From the NCBI RefSeq assembly GCF_006345805.1, contig NC_043000.1, forward strand, positions 90,768,001 to 90,832,000: a DNA stretch of 64,000 nucleotides, given 5' to 3'. A program made the translations under genes and the position numbers. Below, in pieces: positions 57,679 through 64,000 of the stretch (its first letter is position 1; each line of letters begins with the position of its first letter). This stretch comes from Octopus sinensis. Its lineage: Eukaryota. The notes beneath the pieces are model-generated. The model made no database searches, was not told the origin of the DNA, and saw only the letters and a program-made list of their open reading frames with translations.

Positions 57679-57889
57679 GACTATGTTTGTCCCCCACCAT
57701 CGCTTGACAACCGATGTTGGTGTGTTTATGTCCACGTAACTTACCGGTTCGGCAAACGCAACCGATAGAATAAGTACTTGGCTTACAAAGAATAAGTCCT
57801 AGGATTGATTTGCTCGACTAAAGGCGGTGCTCTAGCATGGCCACATGAAACAAAGAAAAGAAAAAGAATATATGTATGTGTGTGTGTGT

Positions 57890-57930
<41 letters not shown>

Positions 57931-58459
57931 CTCTGTACGTACAACCATATAAATCATACACATACGCCTAGGTATATATACACGTAGACCCGCGGGCAGA
58001 AGTACAGGCAGACTGACAGACGGACAGATAGATACATAGATAGACAGACATATATCGGTCTTGCTGTGTTTCTCTCTGTCTACCCGTCCATGTGTGCTTC
58101 TGTTCGTCTGTCTATGTGCATACATACCTGCCTGCCTAACCACACCCCTACTTTCCTACCTGCCTTACTACCAGCATATCTACCTGCCTTCGTACCTACC
58201 TCCTCACCTGTACGTTTGAGTGTCTGTGTATATATGCATATGTATGTACGTATGTAAGTATGTATGTATCTATGTAAGTATGTGTCTATGTATGTACGTA
58301 TGTATCCATCAATTTGTCTTCCCTTTCTTTCCGCCATCCCTTTTGATCGAAATTCTACTACCCCCGCTCTACTTTGCATTTTGTCCCCTCTGTGTTCAAC
58401 CCCGTGTGGCCAATAAAGAAACGTATCTAACTATCAAGCTAGTCGCCTGACTGTCCTGA

Positions 58460-58564
58460 TTTATGTCTGTCTGTCTGTCTGTCTGTGTCTGTCTGTCTGT
58501 CTGTCTGCCTGTCTGTCTCTGTCTGTCTGTCTCTCTCTCTCTCTCTCGCTCTCTCTATCTATCC

Positions 58565-58628
<64 letters not shown>

Positions 58629-58700
58629 GATCTGTCGTCCTGTCTATCTATCTATCTCTCTATCTATCTATCTACTATCTATCTATCTTATCTATCTATT

Positions 58701-58762
<62 letters not shown>

Positions 58763-58805
58763 CCTACCTACCTACCTACCTACCTACCTACCTACCTACC
58801 TACCT
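58460..58805. repeat. (CTGT)n/(CT)n/(CTAT)n/(CTAC)n compound microsatellite
   Basis: Direct sequence. Confidence 0.95.
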
Positions 58806-59202
58806 ACACGCTCTTATATAATTTCTTTAATATCTTCTTTCTCCTCTATGTCGCATCATAACGAAAATTAATGCATCTCTACATTCCTTAAGAATGTCAC
58901 CCGACTGTCATCTTTTGATAGGTACTTCCACTGCTTCTCTCAACCAAACTTCAAAATTGATTCCCATCACCACAAATCGCTAATGTCTGCATAATACTTT
59001 AGAACTACTAGTCAGCTTTTTAACATTCTTTTGGTTCCAGATTACTTTATCCATCCATACAAGCTTAGCTAGAAGGAGATTATAAGGAATCGCATCCAAG
59101 CCATCATTTTTATTACTATTATTATTGCTTAACGGGAGTCGTTGTATTTTATCGCTCCGCATGTCTGTTTTATTTGTTATCGAACTTACCTATTTAAGCC
59201 AT

Positions 59203-59242
<40 letters not shown>

Positions 59243-59493
59243 CATGTGTGTGTGTGTGTGTGTGTGCTTGCGTGTGTATGTATGTTTGTTTCTTCTGTTA
59301 GATTGGTCTCTCTTTTTTGCGGAAGTAACCAGCCGTAAGATGTAATCCCGTTGTTCTTTAATCGTCTCGGTTGTAGCTTTTTTTGTTTTTGCACGATTAA
59401 TATGCACTGCACACATACACACAACACACACACAGAGACACGCACACACACACACATTCACTTCACTTTACCCACATATGTATGTATATAAAC

Positions 59494-59563
<70 letters not shown>

Positions 59564-59605
59564 GAATACACATACACGCACATTTGGTCAAATTTGTATA
59601 TACAA

Positions 59606-59641
<36 letters not shown>

Positions 59642-59653
59642 TTGTCTCTAATA

Positions 59654-59687
<34 letters not shown>

Positions 59688-59715
59688 ATGTATTATGTAT
59701 GTATATAAATGCGTG

Positions 59716-59751
<36 letters not shown>

Positions 59752-59884
59752 GATATATATATAGATATATATATATATATAATATTATATATAATATATA
59801 TATATATAATATATATATATATATATGCACGCACACACTCACTCACACACCCACATAGATATATATATATTTACATTTTCCTTT

Positions 59885-60305
59885 ATCCTTTAATTATTTC
59901 AGTTATTCATTTGCAGCCATGGTGGAGCATATTCTTTTGAAGTGTGTTAGTTAAGGAAATGGACTCCAGTACTTATTAAATTTATGGCCTATTACTTATT
60001 TTAACGGTCCGTTTTTGCCGAACCGGTATGTAACGTGGGCGTAAACCAATACCAGTCGTCAAGCGATGGTGGGTGGCCAAACACAACCGCAAAGACCACA
60101 CACACACGCACACACCTATATACACATATATACACACACTTGCACACACATGCACACACACATATGACGTGTTTCTTTGAGTTCCCGTCTATCAATCCCA
60201 CTCGCAAGGCTTTGATTAGTCCGAGGATATAGTAGAATATACTTGGGCAGTGACTGAACCCAGGACTATGTAATTGGGAAGAAAATTCAGCACTCAGTCA
60301 CGCTT
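59885..60305 (-). mobile_element. SINE family B, diverged
   Basis: Both halves present with a central CA-rich tract. Confidence 0.65.
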
Positions 60306-61676
60306 GCGCATATCGTAAATAGTATATAATACAAATGTATATTTGTATTATGTTTATATATATAAACGTTTATGTGTGTAAGTGTATGCCTGTGTGAAAG
60401 CTATCACTTTTTTATTAGGATATTAACCGATGATCGTATTGCCATGTGCTTAGTTCGTGGACTTTTCTGCTTCATATGACCTTTGTCAATGTACTACGTT
60501 TCCAGTTACTCTCATTCCACTCAGACGAAGACGAGTACTAGCAGTGTTGTCACCTCGAATTTGTAAAAGCCGATGTTTGCTTCTACAAACCGGATGTCTA
60601 TCATCATGACCCGAGTTGCTCATAACACACACACACACACACACACACTCTGGTATTGATCTGTCATCTGGGGGTCTCTAGCTGTTGCACATATTATTTG
60701 ACTAATTAGCATAAAAGTATTCACAAATATTCTCCAAATTAGGGCCCATAAACACAATGTTTCTTTTTTGTATCTGTTCTGCCTTTTCTAACTCAATAAC
60801 GGATGCAATAACGGATGGTGACTGCGTACTTTATTGTCACTGCTTTTGTGTTCAATCCTTGCCTCCTGTATTAACTACTAAGTCCAATCCTTCTTCCTCA
60901 GAACAACCACCCACTAGTATTCTCTCCCTGTCTACCCCTCTCTCTATGTCTCTCTGCCGCTCTCTCTATTCCTCTTTCTCTGTCTCTCTCTCTCTCTGTC
61001 CCGCTCTCTCTGTTTCCCCTCTCTCCCTCTTTCTCTGTTATGTCGTTACTCAAAGTATTAATTTTTAATGTGTTAAGAGAAACATTATTGTCATCAGTTT
61101 CACCTGTCTCGAACAGCCAGCGAGAGACATATGCATTGTAACTTACTCCTGAGTCAGCAAGTAGGAAAAAATGTACGTAGTGGCAATTAGACGAAATTAC
61201 AATTTAATTTCATAGGAAATTGTATTTACATGCATTATTGAAAATATGATTTAATTAGAGGGCAGTCGTAATCTACAGAATTGTTTTGTTCCAACAAAAA
61301 TTCATCAGGGAAATGTAACGTTTCAAAATTTTCTTTAATCAGTAGACTTTGATTTTTTTCTTTTTACAAGTAGGAAAAAAGGTTACATTATACGTAAGCA
61401 TTATGAACGCTTTCACTCTTTCTCAATTCTTAAACTCACAGCGTTTTATAAAGAAAAAGTTGGAAACATTCCATGAACCTTCCCTAGACAGTAATTAACT
61501 TTATCTTTAATTTCAGTGTAACATCTCCCTTTCTAATTGTCTAATGTAATTAGATATACTGCAAATTTCCAGGTTAAGTCATGCTGAGAACTCCTATAAA
61601 CAATGAAATAGTACTATACATGCTTACCACTAATTATGAATTGAAAGAACTACACGCACACACAAACATACACATG

Positions 61677-61761
61677 TAGGGTGAGCTATAATGATGGGAC
61701 ACATTTGGCGCTTTATCATTACTGGCATTTAAAATGTGTCCCATCATTGTGGCTCACCCTA
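61677..61761. mobile_element. 85-bp Tc1/mariner-type MITE
   Basis: 30-bp TIR TAGGGTGAGC(TAT/CAC)AATGATGGGACACATTT, 28/30 match, 25-nt spacer; related end TACAGGGTGGCCCTTGATGGTGGGACATTT at ~62454-62484. Confidence 0.75.
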
Positions 61762-61784
61762 TAGGTGTATATATATATATCTTT

Positions 61785-61955
61785 TTTGCCTACAAGGGGC
61801 TAAACATAGAGGGGACAAACAAAGACAGACAAAGGGATTAAGTCTTTATTTATTCACACCGAAAGGATGAAATCCAAAGTCGACCTCAGTGAATTTGAAC
61901 TCAGAACGTAACCGCTAAGCATTTCGCCCGGCGCGCTAATGTCTCTGATAGCTCG

Positions 61956-61960
<5 letters not shown>
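61785..61960 (-). mobile_element. SINE family C
   Basis: Reverse complement head AAGGCGAGCTATCAGAGACATTAGCGCGCCGGGCGAAATGC. Confidence 0.75.
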
Positions 61961-61997
<37 letters not shown>

Positions 61998-61999
61998 GA

Positions 62000-62375
62000 T
62001 GTCAGTTGGTCATCTTCGAACCAAAGGACGATTAGTTATATGTGTATGGGTGTATATATAGTTTATTTTTATTTTGTTTTATATTTAATTGTTGATAGGT
62101 TTATTTTAGTTTATATATTGATTATATATGGATTATATATAGGTTATATATAGATTATATATTTATATTTTTTCATTGATACTTTAATTATTTTAAAATT
62201 ATTTTTTATACTTATATTTTAAAATATTGATATTTTAGATCGGAAATCCACCTGAAGATTGTCGTTCAAGACATGAAACAATTGTAGTGGCGGTTTTTTT
62301 ACTTTTTATTAAAATTTTATGTATTGATTAAGTCTTTCCTTGTTTGTTTTGCAAAATAGTGATTTTGTCTCTAAT
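62000..62375 (+). mobile_element. (TA)n-flanked AT-rich element with minimal hammerhead
   Basis: HHR at 62248-62290; bounded by TA tracts. Confidence 0.5.
62248..62290 (+). ncRNA. minimal type I hammerhead
   Basis: ccac-CTGAAGA-t-tgtc-gttcaa-gaca-t-GAAA-caattg-TA-gtgg; palindromic stem III; GUA triplet. Confidence 0.7.
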
Positions 62376-63130
62376 TAATATTATATATATATATAATATA
62401 TATATATATTATATATATATTATATATATATATATATGTATGTATATATATATACAGGGTGGCCCTTGATGGTGGGACATTTTAAATGCTACTATCTTGA
62501 GTCATAAATATGCATACATACATGTATAGAAGGATATATATGTATATATAAGTATATATGTGTGTGTATGTGCGGGCGTACGGGCACGCGCGCGTGTTTG
62601 TGTGTATTCTTCGATTTTAAATACGAAGTTCTAATCCCGCTTCACACTGTGAGGAGAAAGTTGCCTGCATTTGTATTATCAGCGATCCTGAGCGCGTCAG
62701 GCAGGAATAATTTATGATATTCTTCTGCTTGTTGCAGCCTACTTTTTTTATACGTATGTTTGCTAAACAAGTTTAACTATGCAATTATATCGATGCTATA
62801 AACCGAAATCTTTACCATGATGAGATAGGTTCCATTGTTTCGCTTAAAGTAAGTTCACTGTGGAATGGTATCAATGACAGAAATCGAAATCTAAAACATA
62901 ATAAAATAAATTCAAATGATACGCTTTAACTAAATTTGATTATGGAACAAAATGGGAGACTTAATATATTTAATATAATGAACAAAAAATTCAGGTGATC
63001 TCTAAAAATATGCATGAAAAGAAATAAGAATATTTATAAAACAAAATTTCTACGAATACCGCTTTTTTGCATAATTACAAGAATGAAGCTAAGGGAAATA
63101 ATTTATCTAGGCCAGTGATACAAACTCAGA

Positions 63131-63287
63131 TTATCTTTTATCTTTTACTTGTTTCAGTCATTAGACTGCGGCCAGGATGAAGCACCATATTGAAAAACTT
63201 TTAGTTGAATGAATCGACCCCAGTACTTATTTTTCTCTAACTTGCTACCTATTCCATTTATCACATTTGCCGAACTGCTAAGTTACG
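63131..63287 (-). mobile_element. SINE family B 3' tail abutting the 5S copy
   Basis: Minus strand: CGTAACTTAGCAGTTCGGC..AGTACTGGGGTCGATT..GGCCGCAGTCTAATGACTGAAACAAGTAAAAGATAAAAGATAA. Confidence 0.75.
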
Positions 63288-63299
63288 AAAACTCGAGAT

Positions 63300-63416
63300 G
63301 CTTTCAGCGCTAAGGCTCCCAAGCAGTCACCCAGCTAAGTACTATCTAGGCTGAACGTTGCTTAACAGCAGTTGTCTGACGAGATCCGGTGCATTAAACG
63401 TAATATAGCCGTTAAA
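63300..63416 (-). pseudogene. 5S rRNA-like copy, full length (117 nt), diverged
   Basis: Minus strand TTTAACGGCTATATTACGTTTAATGCACCGGATCTCGTCAGA..GTTAAGCAACGT..TAGTACTTAGCTGGGTGACTGCTTGGGA..GCGCTGAAAGC is collinear with the metazoan 5S consensus; box A recognisable, box C altered. Confidence 0.85.
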
Positions 63417-63420
63417 TAGG

Positions 63421-63519
63421 AAAATATGGAACGCTTTACGAATTTGAGTCATCCTTGCGCAAGGGCTACGCTAATCTTCTCTGTATCGTTCCAGTTTTAG
63501 TATTGCAGAGGCAATAAAC
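63421..63519 (-). pseudogene. U6: U6 snRNA-like copy (pseudogene)
   Basis: Minus strand ATACTAAAACTGGAACGATACAGAGAAGATTAGCGTAGCCCTTGCGCAAGGATGACTCAAATTCGTAAAGCGTTCCATATTTT; ACAGAGA box and AGC intact; damaged 5' stem-loop and small deletions. Confidence 0.92.
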
Positions 63520-63924
63520 AGGTGGCTTCTACAGGATTTATGACATTTAAATATATTCAATTTGTGATCGTGTACAAATGAATGTATGTGTGGTGAAATT
63601 TAACAAACCTGCCGCTCATGGAATCCCGTTGATGCGTTTCCAGTAACTATCATGCAAATTATTGGATGATTTGGAGGACATCGAAAACTCCCTGTTAGTG
63701 ATCTGAGGAATGATAGAAGAAAGTAGGAATATCTTATTGGTTCTCTGTTACTCTTTTATTACACACATAAAATATTTTAAGCTTAATCCCATAAATTTCT
63801 CTGCCTTTCTACAAAAGCGTATCTTATTTCTGAAATAATATCGAAGTACGCATTGCTTCTAACATACTCGCATAACATGAAGCTTAGGGAGGGTATGGTG
63901 TCAGTCACTTAAATCGCTTCTAGC

Positions 63925-64000
63925 AATCGAGTGGTACTTTATATTATCGACCGTGAAATGTTGAAAGATAAAGTTGACTTCGATGGGATTTGAACTCAGA
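63925..64000 (-). mobile_element. SINE family C fragment running off the window
   Basis: GATAAAGTTGACTTCGATGGGATTTGAACTCAGA matches the family C core in reverse. Confidence 0.55.

Noticed and set aside
63365-63405. Plus-strand CTGACGA..AAACGTA hammerhead-like string
   Set aside because: Lacks G12 and stem I, and is fully explained by the 5S sequence on the opposite strand.

Overview
AT-rich, microsatellite-saturated eukaryotic DNA. The SINE families and the (TA)/(CA)/(CTAT) load suggest an octopod cephalopod, but that is inference. One 100-N gap lies at 20097-20196. No host protein-coding gene is confidently recognisable, and nearly all listed ORFs are microsatellite or low-complexity artefacts. 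Real coding signal comes only from decayed transposons: RTE-clade LINEs, R4/Dong-like RLE LINE fragments, a Penelope-like GIY-YIG relic, a mariner (DD34D) and a Tc1 fragment. There are also many tRNA-derived SINEs of three families and TA-flanked MITEs. Two unexpected themes stand out. (1) Several unrelated short elements carry type I hammerhead ribozyme (HHR) motifs. One is an apparently intact HHR in a 476-bp retrozyme/pLTR-like unit. A ~200-bp element (12-bp TSD at one of its two copies) has a G3-C8-swapped core. Two fold-back inversions have junctions inside the HHR core. (2) A U6-like copy sits 4 nt from a full-length 5S-like copy, which is followed by a SINE tail (63131-63519, minus strand). 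All folds and alignments were made by eye; coordinates of decayed elements are approximate.
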